Numbered from the stretch's first letter, positions 7,588-18,577 are shown. The stretch: 64,000 nucleotides of DNA from an uncultured Sphingobacteriaceae bacterium (GCA_964401685.1 CAYNZH010000008.1:2217-66216); one strand, 5' to 3'. Translations and numbers: made by a program. Notes: generated from the sequence alone by a model not told the origin.

Positions 7588-10176
7588 TTAGAACAGGCCC
7601 ATCTGCCCGGTGTCTTCAGTCGACACGTCTTCTGGATTCGTGATTTCAAAGGGAACCTTTTCTTCTTGGACCTGCGCTTTCTCCTCGCTTAAGAGTTTAA
7701 TGCCGTCCACTTTATGTGGCGTCAACCGATTGCCCTGAGCTTTCATCCCCTTGACTTCGATTGCCTCCTGGAGGTTGATTTCGAGCGTGTCCGGGGTTTC
7801 GGTCTTGCCTTTCTTGACCGACACTTCCACCAAGGGATTATCCGCCCGAGTCAACAGAATCAATTTCGATCCGACTGAATCATTGATGAAACTTTGGCGT
7901 CTTCCCGTCGGTATGTTTTCGAAAACGAAACGCTTTAAATAATGGTTGCCAGATTTCCCGTCGAGGTGAATCGCACTAAAAACGACTTCTGGGCCGTATT
8001 TCTCTATCCGAATAGCTTTGTCATCAAAGTGATTGGTCAACTCGAAGGAGTTTAATTCATACGTGCCATCTTCCATGACACTGAGAATTTTGTCTTCGCC
8101 GTCGAATTCACCCAGATATTCGCCTCGTTCATCCGCGTTGAGTCTCCGCAGGATAGGATCATACCATATTTTCCTTCCCGCCAAGGTAGAGACACCCTTG
8201 CTTTTCAGGCTAATCTTTCGAATAGGATATTTAGTCACTATATTTCCTTGAGAACCACGTCCTTTTATGGCTATTTCGGCGAAATCCAGATCGAACTGCA
8301 ATTTTCTCAATTTAGAATGCGCGCGCAGCTGAATATGTACGAGCTCGGCTTCTCCATTGGGGTTCGCGGTAAAATACAGGAGCTGAGAACCTTTGGTTCC
8401 CTTGGTCAAATCATATTCCCGGTCCCGGGTGACACCCATGACGGCAAATCTCTTGACATATGCGGTGCCGGATTTCCCGTCCTTGTAAATCATATTATAA
8501 ATGGTCCGCTCGTCATTTCTCTTGAACACCGCCACATGAACAATGCCCTTGCCAACAAAAACCTTGTCCTGTATCTTGGTGACTACAAATTTACCATCGG
8601 AGCGAAATACAATAATGTCGTCAATGTCCGAGCAATCGCTGACAAATTCGTCTCTCCGCATTCCCGTTCCGATAAAACCTTCCTCTCGGTTGACGTAGAG
8701 TTTGGCATTGGCAAGGGCAACCTGTGTCGCTTCGACGCGGTCAAATACCCTAATTTCGGTTTTTCTTTCCCTTCCAGCACCGTATTTCTCTCTCAAGCCT
8801 TCAAACCACGCGATCGCATAGGCTGTCAAATGCTTTAAATGATTTTTGACTCTTTTGATCTCGCTTTCCAGGTTGGCCATCAGTTCATCCGCCTTTTTTA
8901 TATCAAAACGGGTGATACTGCTCATCGGTTTATCAATCAGGCGCTTGTAGTCTTCTCTTTGGATTTCCCGATAAAATGACTCCTTAAAAGGCTCGAACAA
9001 GCGGTCCAGTACCCCGACAACCGTGTCGAAATCTCCGGCATTTTCATATTCTGGATGCTTATACATCCCTTCCTGAATGAATATTTTCAGTAAATTGCTG
9101 GAGAAGATTTTTTCAAGAAGTTCGTTCAGCTTGATTTCCAGTTCCTTTTTCAGTAAGGCCTTGGTTTGCTTGGTGTTTTCGATCAGAATGTCGTTGACAC
9201 TCATAAACCGCGGCTTCTCATCCTGAATAATGCAGGTATTGGGGGAAATGGAGACCTCACATGCAGTAAAGGCGTACAACGCATCGATGGTCATATCCGG
9301 AGAAATACCTGGGACCAGGTGGACGATGATTTCTACGAACTGAGCGGTGTTGTCCTCAATCTTCTTGATCTTGATCTTGCCCTTGTCGTTGGCGTTGACA
9401 ATGCTTTCTATCAGACTGCCCGTCGTCGTTCCAAAGGGGATCTCGGTGATCGCGAGAGTTTTCTTGTCCCTTTCTTCAATTTTCGCGCGGATGCGGATCT
9501 TACCTCCACGTTGCCCTTCATTGTAGGCAGAGCAGTCCGCCATTCCGCCCGTAGGAAAGTCTGGAAGCAAGTGCGGACGTTCCCCATGCAGGACCTGTAT
9601 CGCGCCATCGATCAGCTCTATAAAATTGTGGGGCATGATTTTCGTGGCGAGGCCTACTGCGATTCCTTCTGCACCCTGCGCAAGCAGGAGGGGAAATTTG
9701 ACCGGAAGTGTGACAGGCTCCTTGTTTCGGCCATCGTAACTCAGTTGCCACTCGGTCGTTTCAGGATTGAAAGCAACATCGAGGGCAAATTTTGACAGCC
9801 GCGCTTCGATGTAACGGGGCGCCGCCGCGGAGTCCCCTGTGATCGGATCGCCCCAGTTACCCTGACAATCGATCAATAAGTCTTTTTGACCGATCTGCAC
9901 CATGGCATCCCCAATGGAAGCATCCCCGTGGGGGTGGTACTTCATGGTATTTCCAATGACGTTCGCAGCCTTATTGAAGCGCCCGTCGTCCATCTCCTTC
10001 AGGGAATGTAGGATTCGTCTTTGAACCGGTTTAAACCCGTCATTTATATGCGGAACCGCCCGATCCAGAATGACGTAAGACGCATAATCAAGAAACCAAT
10101 TCTCGTATAGACCCGACAAGGGCACCGTGTTCTTTTCCAGCCTCGGCTCTTGATTGTCCTGGTTTTCCTGACTCAT
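7588..10176 (-). CDS. parC: DNA topoisomerase IV subunit A (type IIA topoisomerase A subunit)
   Basis: 862 aa. DGFKPVQRRILHSL, KYHPHGD, active-site AAPRYIEARL. Length and YENWFLDYASYVILDRAVP N-terminus fit Bacteroidota ParC; the ParC versus GyrA call is not certain. Confidence 0.85.
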   Translation of the reverse strand: MSQENQDNQEPRLEKNTVPLSGLYENWFLDYASYVILDRAVPHINDGFKPVQRRILHSLKEMDDGRFNKAANVIGNTMKYHPHGDASIGDAMVQIGQKDLLIDCQGNWGDPITGDSAAAPRYIEARLSKFALDVAFNPETTEWQLSYDGRNKEPVTLPVKFPLLLAQGAEGIAVGLATKIMPHNFIELIDGAIQVLHGERPHLLPDFPTGGMADCSAYNEGQRGGKIRIRAKIEERDKKTLAITEIPFGTTTGSLIESIVNANDKGKIKIKKIEDNTAQFVEIIVHLVPGISPDMTIDALYAFTACEVSISPNTCIIQDEKPRFMSVNDILIENTKQTKALLKKELEIKLNELLEKIFSSNLLKIFIQEGMYKHPEYENAGDFDTVVGVLDRLFEPFKESFYREIQREDYKRLIDKPMSSITRFDIKKADELMANLESEIKRVKNHLKHLTAYAIAWFEGLREKYGAGRERKTEIRVFDRVEATQVALANAKLYVNREEGFIGTGMRRDEFVSDCSDIDDIIVFRSDGKFVVTKIQDKVFVGKGIVHVAVFKRNDERTIYNMIYKDGKSGTAYVKRFAVMGVTRDREYDLTKGTKGSQLLYFTANPNGEAELVHIQLRAHSKLRKLQFDLDFAEIAIKGRGSQGNIVTKYPIRKISLKSKGVSTLAGRKIWYDPILRRLNADERGEYLGEFDGEDKILSVMEDGTYELNSFELTNHFDDKAIRIEKYGPEVVFSAIHLDGKSGNHYLKRFVFENIPTGRRQSFINDSVGSKLILLTRADNPLVEVSVKKGKTETPDTLEINLQEAIEVKGMKAQGNRLTPHKVDGIKLLSEEKAQVQEEKVPFEITNPEDVSTEDTGQMGLF

Positions 10177-10188
10177 TTGTCCTAAAAA

Positions 10189-10824
10189 TTACTTGCTAAT
10201 ACTCAATTCTACCACTTCGACGTCAAGCATGGAAAAAATCCGGTGTGAAGAGAGAAGTTCTGGCAGTTGGCGTGCCTCATCCCTTATAGTGACATCCAGC
10301 GCATTCTGCTTGACAATATCCAATTTTCCGCCTAAGCAAGGCAACTCGGTCTCCAGGTCCCCACCGCTAAACCCAACAATATCCGCGTATCCATCCAGAT
10401 TGTTGTAGAAGTTGGTCATTACCACGGGCATAAAATTATTACGTTCCCTCAGTTCATCCAACGTAGACCCGACACGTACGCCTGATTTGGTCTGATAGGG
10501 GGACAGGGGATGGGAAATCACAATCTTTTCGATTGTCTGGAATGGCGCAGATTCCTCGGCCCAAATCACCTGGATTTCCTCGGGCGAATCGGGAAAAACC
10601 CGAGTTGCTGCCACTTGGACGCCGTCCCTATCTATATTTGTATCTTCCATCTTATCAGCCCCAACCTCTGCGACGAGATCTTCGTGAGTGAACGCCAGCT
10701 TTATCGGACCGATCCCATCACAGGTGATGGCATAAGGGTCTTCCTGGACTTCGGTGTCTTTTTTAGCGCCTTGTTGACAGGAGACAAACAGGGCTATCAC
10801 AGCAAAATACGCGATTTTTTTCAT
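10189..10824 (-). CDS. hypothetical lipoprotein
   Basis: 211-aa ORF with lipobox IALFVSC|QQG. No recognisable catalytic motif. Lies 12 nt upstream of parC. Confidence 0.6.
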   Translation of the reverse strand: MKKIAYFAVIALFVSCQQGAKKDTEVQEDPYAITCDGIGPIKLAFTHEDLVAEVGADKMEDTNIDRDGVQVAATRVFPDSPEEIQVIWAEESAPFQTIEKIVISHPLSPYQTKSGVRVGSTLDELRERNNFMPVVMTNFYNNLDGYADIVGFSGGDLETELPCLGGKLDIVKQNALDVTIRDEARQLPELLSSHRIFSMLDVEVVELSISK

Positions 10825-10857
10825 ATGGGTCTATCTTAGTAATATAATAAAAATAAT

Positions 10858-13485
10858 TTAGTTTTCCAAAGATCTGAGGCTGTTTTCCAGAATTTTTAAT
10901 TTTTCTAGCGCATCCTCTTGTTTTTTACGCTCATTTTCAATGATTTCTGCTTTCGCGTTCTGCATAAAGCGTTCATTATTCAATTTTCCCTCTACAGATT
11001 TCAAAAAGCCCTGTAGATAAATAATATCTTTTTGGATGCGTTCCTTCTCCGCTTTTGTGTCAATTTGATCCGCAATATGCAAGAAAAACTCGTCTTTTTC
11101 AACCAAAAAAGCAACCGATCCCGCGGGAGCGTCTTCTGTTCGATTGATCCGTGTGATATTACCTAGCTTTTGGATTGCTTCGGTATATTGTTCCCAGCGC
11201 TCGCCGGCTGACATTGAAGTGCTCATTTCCAAGGCAGTTTTTTGAGCGATTTGCTTGGCGTTCCGGATATTTCTCACCTCAGAAACTACCTTTTGAAAAG
11301 CTGAAAAATCGCTTAGTATCTGCGCGTTAAAATGCATCAAAGCAGGATAGGGAGCGACTATACAACAGTCCTGACTGCTTCTTTGCCCGAAGATGTCGTC
11401 GTGCCACAATTCTTCCGAAAGGAAGGGCATAAAGGGGTGTAGCAATTTGAGTAATTCCTGGAAAAATGCCTTGCTTTGCTCCAGGGCCTCGCGCGCGATG
11501 GGCAATTGGTAGCCCGGTTTTATCAGTTCCAAATACCAGGAGCAAAAGTCGTCCCAAACCAGTTTGTAGATCACCATCAGCGCGTCAGAAATCCGATACT
11601 GGGCAAAATGATCCTCAATTTCTTGCAAGGCCTCCTGAAATCTCGCGGAAAACCAGGAAATGGCTAGTTTCTGCGACGCTGAGGCTTGAAGACTATTGTC
11701 GACCTCCCAGCCCTTGACGAGCCTGAAGGCATTCCAGATTTTGTTGGCAAAATTGCGCCCCTGCTCACAGTAGGATTCATCGAACATCAGGTCATTGCCT
11801 GCCGGTGAGGAAAGCATCAGACCTACGCGAACCCCGTCCGTTCCGTATTTGGCCATCAGGTCCAAGGGGTCAGGTGAATTTCCCAGGGATTTTGACATTT
11901 TCCTACCCATTTTGTCGCGGACAATCCCTGTGAGGTAGACCCGGGTGAAGGGGGGTTTTTCCGTGTATTCATGCCCCATTACCAGCATCCTGGCTACCCA
12001 AAAGAACAAAATCTCTGGCGCGGTGACCAGGTCATTGGTAGGATAGTAGTACTTGAATTCTTCATTTTCCGGGTCCAAAACGCCGTCAAAAACGGACAGC
12101 GGCCATAGGGCGGAGGAGAACCAAGTGTCCAGCACATCATCCTCCTGCCTCAGTCCTGATGTGGATTTGTCTTCTTTAGCAAAAAGAGCAGCAGCTTCTT
12201 CTTCTGTCTTCGCGACTACCCACTCGTTTTGATCGTTGTACCAGGCTGGAATCCGTTGTCCCCACCAGAGCTGACGACTGATCGTCCAGTCTTTAATGTT
12301 TTCCATCCAATGCTTGTACGTATTGACAAATTTGTCTGGGATAATTTTCACTTCGCCATCGTTGACATAGTCCAGCGCAGGTTGGGCCAGCTCCTTCATG
12401 CGGCAGAACCATTGCATAGAAAGCTTGGGCTCAATCACGGCATTGGTCCGCTCTGAAAAACCCACTTGTGATTTGTATTCCTCGGTCTTCTCGAGATTTC
12501 CCGCTTCATCGAGCAGAGTCACTATTTTCTTTCTAGCACCAAAGCGATCCTCACCGATCAGTATCTGAGCGTTTTCGTTTAGCGTTCCATCGTCCTCAAA
12601 AATGTCAATTACCTCCAGGTTGTGCTTTAGCCCCAATTCATAATCATTTAAATCATGGGCTGGGGTGACCTTCAGACAACCGGTTCCGAATGAGCGGTCT
12701 ACATAGTCATCTGCAATCACATTTATGGCACGGTTTATCAGTGGGATGAGAACTTTTTTTCCTATGAGGTGTTGGTAACGGTCATCCTCTGGGTGGACAC
12801 AAATAGCCGAATCCGCCATAATGGTCTCCGGACGCGTAGTTGCGATGGTCAAATATTCCGCAGGTGTATCTTCCAGTTTGTATTGTATGTAATACAAGCG
12901 CTGGTTAACCTCCTTGCGAATCACTTCTTCGTCCGAGAGAGCCGTTTTGCCCTGAGGATCCCAGTTGATCATACGCACACCCCTGTAGATATAGCCCTTC
13001 TCATAAAGGCGTATAAACGTGTCGATAACCGCTTCGCTCAACCGCGGATCCATGGTAAAAGCAGTACGGTCCCAATCGCAGGATGCGCCGAGTTTTTCCA
13101 GTTGCTTGAGGATGATGTCACCATACTTGTTTTTCCATTCCCAAGCATGTTCGAGAAATTGTTCGCGGGTCAAATCTTTTTTAGAGATTCCTTGTTCCTT
13201 TAGCATGGCCACTACTTTGGCTTCGGTCGCAATGGAAGCGTGATCCGTCCCCGGTACCCAGCAGGCGTTTTTGCCTTTCATGCGTGCACGGCGGATCAGA
13301 ACATCTTGGATGGTATTGTTGAGCATGTGGCCCATATGCAAGACGCCGGTCACATTGGGTGGGGGCATTACAATGGTATATGGCTCCCGGGCATCGGGCA
13401 CAGATTTGAAAAAACCATTGTCTTTCCAATAGCTGTACCACTTGTTTTCGATTTCTTGCGGACTGTATGTCTTTGTAATGCTCAT
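10858..13485 (-). CDS. valS: valine--tRNA ligase
   Basis: PPPNVTGVLHMGHMLNN (HIGH region), KMSKSLGN, C-terminal coiled coil. Start set to ATG 13485 (MSITKTYSPQEIENKWY); the track start 13515 is the TTG inside the -7 box. Confidence 0.95.
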   Translation of the reverse strand: MSITKTYSPQEIENKWYSYWKDNGFFKSVPDAREPYTIVMPPPNVTGVLHMGHMLNNTIQDVLIRRARMKGKNACWVPGTDHASIATEAKVVAMLKEQGISKKDLTREQFLEHAWEWKNKYGDIILKQLEKLGASCDWDRTAFTMDPRLSEAVIDTFIRLYEKGYIYRGVRMINWDPQGKTALSDEEVIRKEVNQRLYYIQYKLEDTPAEYLTIATTRPETIMADSAICVHPEDDRYQHLIGKKVLIPLINRAINVIADDYVDRSFGTGCLKVTPAHDLNDYELGLKHNLEVIDIFEDDGTLNENAQILIGEDRFGARKKIVTLLDEAGNLEKTEEYKSQVGFSERTNAVIEPKLSMQWFCRMKELAQPALDYVNDGEVKIIPDKFVNTYKHWMENIKDWTISRQLWWGQRIPAWYNDQNEWVVAKTEEEAAALFAKEDKSTSGLRQEDDVLDTWFSSALWPLSVFDGVLDPENEEFKYYYPTNDLVTAPEILFFWVARMLVMGHEYTEKPPFTRVYLTGIVRDKMGRKMSKSLGNSPDPLDLMAKYGTDGVRVGLMLSSPAGNDLMFDESYCEQGRNFANKIWNAFRLVKGWEVDNSLQASASQKLAISWFSARFQEALQEIEDHFAQYRISDALMVIYKLVWDDFCSWYLELIKPGYQLPIAREALEQSKAFFQELLKLLHPFMPFLSEELWHDDIFGQRSSQDCCIVAPYPALMHFNAQILSDFSAFQKVVSEVRNIRNAKQIAQKTALEMSTSMSAGERWEQYTEAIQKLGNITRINRTEDAPAGSVAFLVEKDEFFLHIADQIDTKAEKERIQKDIIYLQGFLKSVEGKLNNERFMQNAKAEIIENERKKQEDALEKLKILENSLRSLEN

Positions 13486-13512
13486 TTTAATGCAAAACTT
13501 GGTTAAGGATGG

Positions 13513-13520
13513 CAAAAGTA
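13513..13520 (-). promoter_or_regulatory. sigmaA -7 box TACTTTTG for valS
   Basis: TAnnTTTG match, 27 nt upstream of ATG 13485. Its TTG is the track's false start 13515. Confidence 0.55.
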
Positions 13521-13581
13521 AAGAATTTTTTCCCTAATTTCGAAGCCATAGCTGATAATTGATTTAACGATAAAAACGAAT

Positions 13582-14661
13582 ATGAATACAAAGAATTTCA
13601 AAGGAGTCCTTTCGGGAGACGCAGTACAAGAATTGTTTGACCATGCAAAAAAACATGAGTACGCCTTGCCCGCAGTAAATGTTGTCGGGACCAATTCGAT
13701 CAATGCGGTGATGGAGACTGCTAGAGACGTGGGTTCTCCGGTGATCATCCAGCTTTCCAACGGGGGCGCGCAGTTTTTTGCAGGCAAATCCCTGAACAAC
13801 GATGGGCTTCAAGCTTGCATACTCGGAGGCGTTTCAGCTGCACAGCATGTCCACCTCTTGGCCGAACACTACGGTGTCGGCGTGATTTTGCATACTGATC
13901 ATGCGGCAAAGAAGTTATTGCCTTGGATAGATGGTCTGCTGGAACACGGAGAGCGATTCTTTGAAACGCACGGGAAGCCACTCTATTCCTCCCACATGCT
14001 GGACCTGTCTGAAGAAAGTGTCGAGGAAAATATTGACATTTCCGCCAAATACCTCAAGAGGATGGATGCCTTGGGAATGACCCTGGAAATTGAGTTGGGG
14101 GTGACTGGCGGCGAAGAAGACGGCGTGGACAACACCGGTGTGGAAAGTTCCCGCCTCTACACGCAGCCCGAAGAAGTTGCGTACGCATATGAAGAATTGA
14201 GCAAAGTTAGCTCACGCTTTACAGTGGCTGCTGCCTTTGGGAACGTGCACGGCGTTTATAAACCCGGAAATGTCAAGCTGGAACCTGTGATCCTAAAAAA
14301 TTCCCAGGCTTTTGTACGCGAAAAACTTGGGTTGTCAGCGGAAAAACCCATCAATTTTGTCTTTCACGGGGGTTCAGGATCCTCGCAGGAAGAAATTCGC
14401 GAAGCCATTTCCTACGGGGCGATAAAGATGAATATTGATACCGACCTTCAGTGGGCATTTTGGGATGGCGTTCGGGGTTATTACCAGGCCAATGAAGGCT
14501 TTTTGCAATCTCAAATCGGGAACCACCAGGATCCTGACGGACCCAATAAGAAGTACTACGATCCTAGGGTATGGCTGCGAAAAGCAGAGGAGCGTTTTAA
14601 AGCGCGCCTGACTCAGGCTTTCGAAGAGCTGAACGCCATCGATGTTTACAGCAAATTTTAA
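13582..14661 (+). CDS. fbaA: class II fructose-bisphosphate aldolase
   Basis: 359 aa. YALPAVNVVGTNSINAVMETA, HTDHAAKK, FVFHGGSGS motifs of class II FBA. Confidence 0.9.
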   Translation: MNTKNFKGVLSGDAVQELFDHAKKHEYALPAVNVVGTNSINAVMETARDVGSPVIIQLSNGGAQFFAGKSLNNDGLQACILGGVSAAQHVHLLAEHYGVGVILHTDHAAKKLLPWIDGLLEHGERFFETHGKPLYSSHMLDLSEESVEENIDISAKYLKRMDALGMTLEIELGVTGGEEDGVDNTGVESSRLYTQPEEVAYAYEELSKVSSRFTVAAAFGNVHGVYKPGNVKLEPVILKNSQAFVREKLGLSAEKPINFVFHGGSGSSQEEIREAISYGAIKMNIDTDLQWAFWDGVRGYYQANEGFLQSQIGNHQDPDGPNKKYYDPRVWLRKAEERFKARLTQAFEELNAIDVYSKF

Positions 14662-14670
14662 ACACGACCC

Positions 14671-15723
14671 ATGCGTATAGACTCGACGGTCCGGTCCTTT
14701 AATCAGTTTTTGCTACTGCTGGTCCTGGTGTTTGTGATCATGTACTATGCGAAAGGCTTCCTCGTACCCGTAGCCATCGCTGGCATGTTTGCCATGATGC
14801 TCGAACCGATCTGCCGCTATTTGGAAGGCAGGGGGATCATGCGCGGCATCGCTGCAGCCATCAGTGTGTTATTCACGCTTGTTATCATGACAGGGGTGCT
14901 GTACATTCTGCTTAACCAGGTCATCAAGCTCTCAAATGATGCCGGCGTGATCGGTGAGAAGCTGAATCTACTGTTGGACACGGTCTACAGTTTTATTCTG
15001 GAGCATTTTCAGTACCCCATTGATAAGCAAAAGGCATACATTCAGGAGCAAATCCAGGATTGGACGGGATCGGCAGGGCGCTTTGTCGGCGGTCTCTTTA
15101 TGTCGTTGATCAATATGCTTGTCAATCTGCTTATTATCGTTACCTACACGCTGCTAATGCTCATTTACCGCACTCGGATCAAGCGCTTCGTCTTAATGCT
15201 CGTAAACCGCTATGGTGGGCGGGAAAACCTGCAGGGTGCGCGCGAAGTAGTTGAGAAAATCACGGGTGTTGCCAGTTCTTATATCTCAGGGGTTTTTCTG
15301 GTTGTGCTCATTCTGTCTATTGTATACACCATAGGTTTATCCATCATAGGCATTGAAAATGCACTGTTCTTTGGGCTGCTCGCGGCCCTTATCAACGTCA
15401 TACCGTACATAGGGTCAGTGGGCGGCGCGATCATTGTCGTGGCCTATACCCTTATTACGCACGATACGCTCACTACGCCTATTGCAGCTGCGATCTTCTT
15501 TACTGTTGTGCAGCAAATTGACAGCTACTTTCTGACGCCCAAGATCACCGGCGGAATGGTTCAGCTCAGTCCGCTTTTTACGATAATGGCTCTATTATTA
15601 GGCGCGATGGTCTGGGGCGTGGCCGGGATGCTCCTGTTTATCCCCTTTATGGGCGTGTTGAAAGTGATCTTTGATCATGTTGAAGTGCTCAAACCTTTCG
15701 GCTATCTCATTGGGGACAAGTAG
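14671..15723 (+). CDS. AI-2E family (PerM/UPF0118) transporter
   Basis: 350-aa polytopic membrane protein. NVIPYIGSVGGAIIV and DSYFLTPKITGG family motifs. Lies 9 nt after fba. Confidence 0.8.
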   Translation: MRIDSTVRSFNQFLLLLVLVFVIMYYAKGFLVPVAIAGMFAMMLEPICRYLEGRGIMRGIAAAISVLFTLVIMTGVLYILLNQVIKLSNDAGVIGEKLNLLLDTVYSFILEHFQYPIDKQKAYIQEQIQDWTGSAGRFVGGLFMSLINMLVNLLIIVTYTLLMLIYRTRIKRFVLMLVNRYGGRENLQGAREVVEKITGVASSYISGVFLVVLILSIVYTIGLSIIGIENALFFGLLAALINVIPYIGSVGGAIIVVAYTLITHDTLTTPIAAAIFFTVVQQIDSYFLTPKITGGMVQLSPLFTIMALLLGAMVWGVAGMLLFIPFMGVLKVIFDHVEVLKPFGYLIGDK

Positions 15724-15752
15724 GCGGACAAGCCCCGGACCGAGGAAAGCGT

Positions 15753-17552
15753 CTAGAGTGCTTCCTTTTCTTGCTCTTCCTCTTCGAGAAGTTGTTTCTC
15801 GTACAGGTCAAAGTATGCGCCACCACGTTTTAGAAGCTGCTCATGGGTGCCTTCCTCTATGATTTTTCCATGGTCGAGCAATAGAATATGGTCGGCATTT
15901 TTGATTGTGGAAATTCTGTGTGCAATGAAAATACAGCTTTTATCTTTCATACTTTCGCGCAAATTTCTCAATATTGTTTCTTCCGTGCTGGTATCTACGG
16001 CCGAAAGACAATCATCCAGAATGAGGATATTAGGATTTTTTACCAATGCCCTGGCTATGGATAGCCGCTGTTTCTGACCTCCGGAAAGGGTGATTCCGCG
16101 CTCTCCTATAGTAGTTTCGAATCCTTCCTCAAAGCCGATAATATTATCGTAGACCGCGGCTTTTTTTGCTGCCTGTTCTACTTCCTGCATCGTAAAATCG
16201 TCCAGTCCAAATGCAATATTTCTGGCAATAGTATCCGAAAATAAAAACACATCCTGAGGCACAAATCCTACCTGGGATCTGTAGGATTGCAGATCGAAAG
16301 TCCTTATGTCCTTCCCATCCACAAAGATCTGCCCTTCATCTGCATCATACATGCGCATCACCAGCTGAGCAATCGTTGATTTGCCCGACCCCGTCCGACC
16401 TATAAACGCCACTATTTTGCCCGGTTTTACCTCAAAACTGACGTCCTTAAGCGCTTGAATGCCTGTATCCGGGTAAATGAAGTTCACATTTTGAAACGCG
16501 ATATGTCCTTTGATTTCCCGGGCATCCTGTTTTCCAGATAGGATGGAGGGCTGAATCTGCAGAAATTCATTGATACGCTTTTGTGATGCCGCAGCCCGTT
16601 GTATGAGAGAGGTGACCCAAGCAAGTGACATGGCTGGAAAAGTCAGCTGATTAACATAAACGATGAATTCCGCAATATTACCTGCAGTGATACTTCCCTT
16701 TGCCACTTCCAACCCGCCCACATAAACGGTAATAATCGTACTCAGTCCGATCAACAAAAGTATAAGTGGAAAGAACACAGCTTCCACCCGGACCAAGCTG
16801 AGCGTCTTGTCTTTATATTGATTGCTTTCTTTCTTGAAGCCTTTCATCCTGTCATCTTCCCGATTGTAGGTCTTGATGACCCGTATACCCGAAAAAGCTT
16901 CCTGCACAAAAGAAGAAAGGTGGGACAGCTGACGTTGAATTTGTTCACTCTTCCGGTTGATGATCCGATTGACATACATCAGTAGGGCGAGCAAAAACGG
17001 AATGGGTACCAAGGCATACATGGTCAGCACAGGATTTACACTGAGCATTGCGCTAACAACCATGATGGTCAGAACCACCATGTTGATCGAGTACATCACC
17101 GCGGGTCCCAGATAGGAGCGGACTCTGTTGACATCCTCTGTGATGCGATTCATCAGGTCACCCGTGTTGTTTCTCTTGTAAAAAGCCCGGTCAAGCACCT
17201 GATATTGGGTGTAAATTTCGTTTTTCAGGTCGTATTCAATTCTCCTGGAAGTCAAAATGATCGTTTGCCTCATCAAAAACAAAAAAAGCCCGCGGATCAA
17301 TGCGAGCACGAGTACCAGAATTCCAAAAAAAAGTAAGCTGCTCGCAAAGAGACTGTAAATGACTTCTTGCCTATCGAAACCAGCAAATTGCCTGTAAATA
17401 TCAATGTTTTCTGTAACCAGATCAAAGGCCACCCGAATCACCTGTGCAGGGAGTACCCCGAAATAGTTTGACACCACGACAAAAAGAACCCCCGGTATCA
17501 GGTGCCATCTGTATTTGTAAAAATATTTATTAAGGTGCCAGAGGTGTTTCAT
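15753..17552 (-). CDS. ABC transporter permease/ATP-binding fusion protein (MsbA-type exporter)
   Basis: Six-TM domain followed by Walker A GRTGSGKST, signature LSGGQKQR and Walker B ILILDD. Start set to ATG 17552 (MKHLWHL); the track start 17564 is the TTG of the -7 box. Confidence 0.9.
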   Translation of the reverse strand: MKHLWHLNKYFYKYRWHLIPGVLFVVVSNYFGVLPAQVIRVAFDLVTENIDIYRQFAGFDRQEVIYSLFASSLLFFGILVLVLALIRGLFLFLMRQTIILTSRRIEYDLKNEIYTQYQVLDRAFYKRNNTGDLMNRITEDVNRVRSYLGPAVMYSINMVVLTIMVVSAMLSVNPVLTMYALVPIPFLLALLMYVNRIINRKSEQIQRQLSHLSSFVQEAFSGIRVIKTYNREDDRMKGFKKESNQYKDKTLSLVRVEAVFFPLILLLIGLSTIITVYVGGLEVAKGSITAGNIAEFIVYVNQLTFPAMSLAWVTSLIQRAAASQKRINEFLQIQPSILSGKQDAREIKGHIAFQNVNFIYPDTGIQALKDVSFEVKPGKIVAFIGRTGSGKSTIAQLVMRMYDADEGQIFVDGKDIRTFDLQSYRSQVGFVPQDVFLFSDTIARNIAFGLDDFTMQEVEQAAKKAAVYDNIIGFEEGFETTIGERGITLSGGQKQRLSIARALVKNPNILILDDCLSAVDTSTEETILRNLRESMKDKSCIFIAHRISTIKNADHILLLDHGKIIEEGTHEQLLKRGGAYFDLYEKQLLEEEEQEKEAL

Positions 17553-17561
17553 CTTCAAGGG

Positions 17562-17569
17562 CAAAAATA
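17562..17569 (-). promoter_or_regulatory. sigmaA -7 box TATTTTTG for the ABC exporter
   Basis: TAnnTTTG match, 9 nt upstream of ATG 17552. Confidence 0.55.
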
Positions 17570-17593
17570 CGAAATAATAACCATTAATTTTTA

Positions 17594-17601
17594 TATCTTT
17601 G
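17594..17601 (+). promoter_or_regulatory. sigmaA -7 box TATCTTTG for nusB
   Basis: TAnnTTTG match, 26 nt upstream of ATG 17628. Confidence 0.6.
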
Positions 17602-17627
17602 CGGTGAAATAAAACGTTCTTTAATAT

Positions 17628-18575
17628 ATGCTAAATCGGAGACATTTAAGAGTCAGGGTATTACAAACAGTTTATGCCTACCAAGTTTCAGATGAGAAGG
17701 AAGTGTCCAAGTATGAGAAACATTTGTTGAAAAGTATTGACGAGGTTTATCAATTGTACATCTGGACGTTGAACCTGATCGAAGAAGTCACCGCACAGGC
17801 CATTCGGGATGCCGATGAACGGGCAAACAAATTTCTACCCACAGCGGAGGATTTGAATGTCGATACCAAGTTGGAGTCCAATACCTTTGTTCTCGCTTTG
17901 CAGCAAAATCCTGCCTACATTTCCGCGATGAAAAAATACAAGGTTTCCTGGTCCTTCGATCCGGAAATCGCCAGAGACCTGTTTCATCAACTGAAGGCGA
18001 CCACTGAATATACCGCGTACTTGCAACAAACGGACCGATCCATCGCTGCGGAAAAGGACATAATCAGATTCTTGTTCAGGAAGCTGATTTTGAATTCGCC
18101 TTTGGTGGACCAGGCCTTTGAGACGCGTTTTATCAATTGGACCATTGATAAAGATGTGCTTCAGGCGATGATTTCCAAAACTCTTAAAAACTTTTCAAGT
18201 GAAATTCCCGCGCAGAACCAACTTGCTTCGCTTACCCACAACTGGGAGGAAGACAAGGAGTTTGCCTTAGATCTACTTCGCCATGTGATTCGTTTTGAAA
18301 GTGATTATTATCAGATGATCAATGAAAAAACAAAAAATTGGGAGACCGAACGTATAGCAATGATGGATGTGCTTTTGATGCGGATGGCGATTTGCGAGTT
18401 ACTGAATTTTCCGTCTATTCCGGTTAAAGTCACGATGAACGAATATATAGATATGGCCAAAGGATTTAGTACGATGAAGAGTAGCACCTTTATCAACGGA
18501 ATTTTGGACAAAATTCTTCATGATTTGCAAAACGGAAATAGAATCCATAAAAATCAAAGAGGACTAAAAGATTAA
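17628..18575 (+). CDS. nusB: transcription antitermination factor NusB (long Bacteroidota form)
   Basis: N-terminal MLNRRHLRVRVLQTVYAY and C-terminal ERIAMMDVLLMRMAICELL...NEYIDMAK...FINGILD NusB core. Confidence 0.85.
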   Translation: MLNRRHLRVRVLQTVYAYQVSDEKEVSKYEKHLLKSIDEVYQLYIWTLNLIEEVTAQAIRDADERANKFLPTAEDLNVDTKLESNTFVLALQQNPAYISAMKKYKVSWSFDPEIARDLFHQLKATTEYTAYLQQTDRSIAAEKDIIRFLFRKLILNSPLVDQAFETRFINWTIDKDVLQAMISKTLKNFSSEIPAQNQLASLTHNWEEDKEFALDLLRHVIRFESDYYQMINEKTKNWETERIAMMDVLLMRMAICELLNFPSIPVKVTMNEYIDMAKGFSTMKSSTFINGILDKILHDLQNGNRIHKNQRGLKD

Positions 18576-18577
18576 AT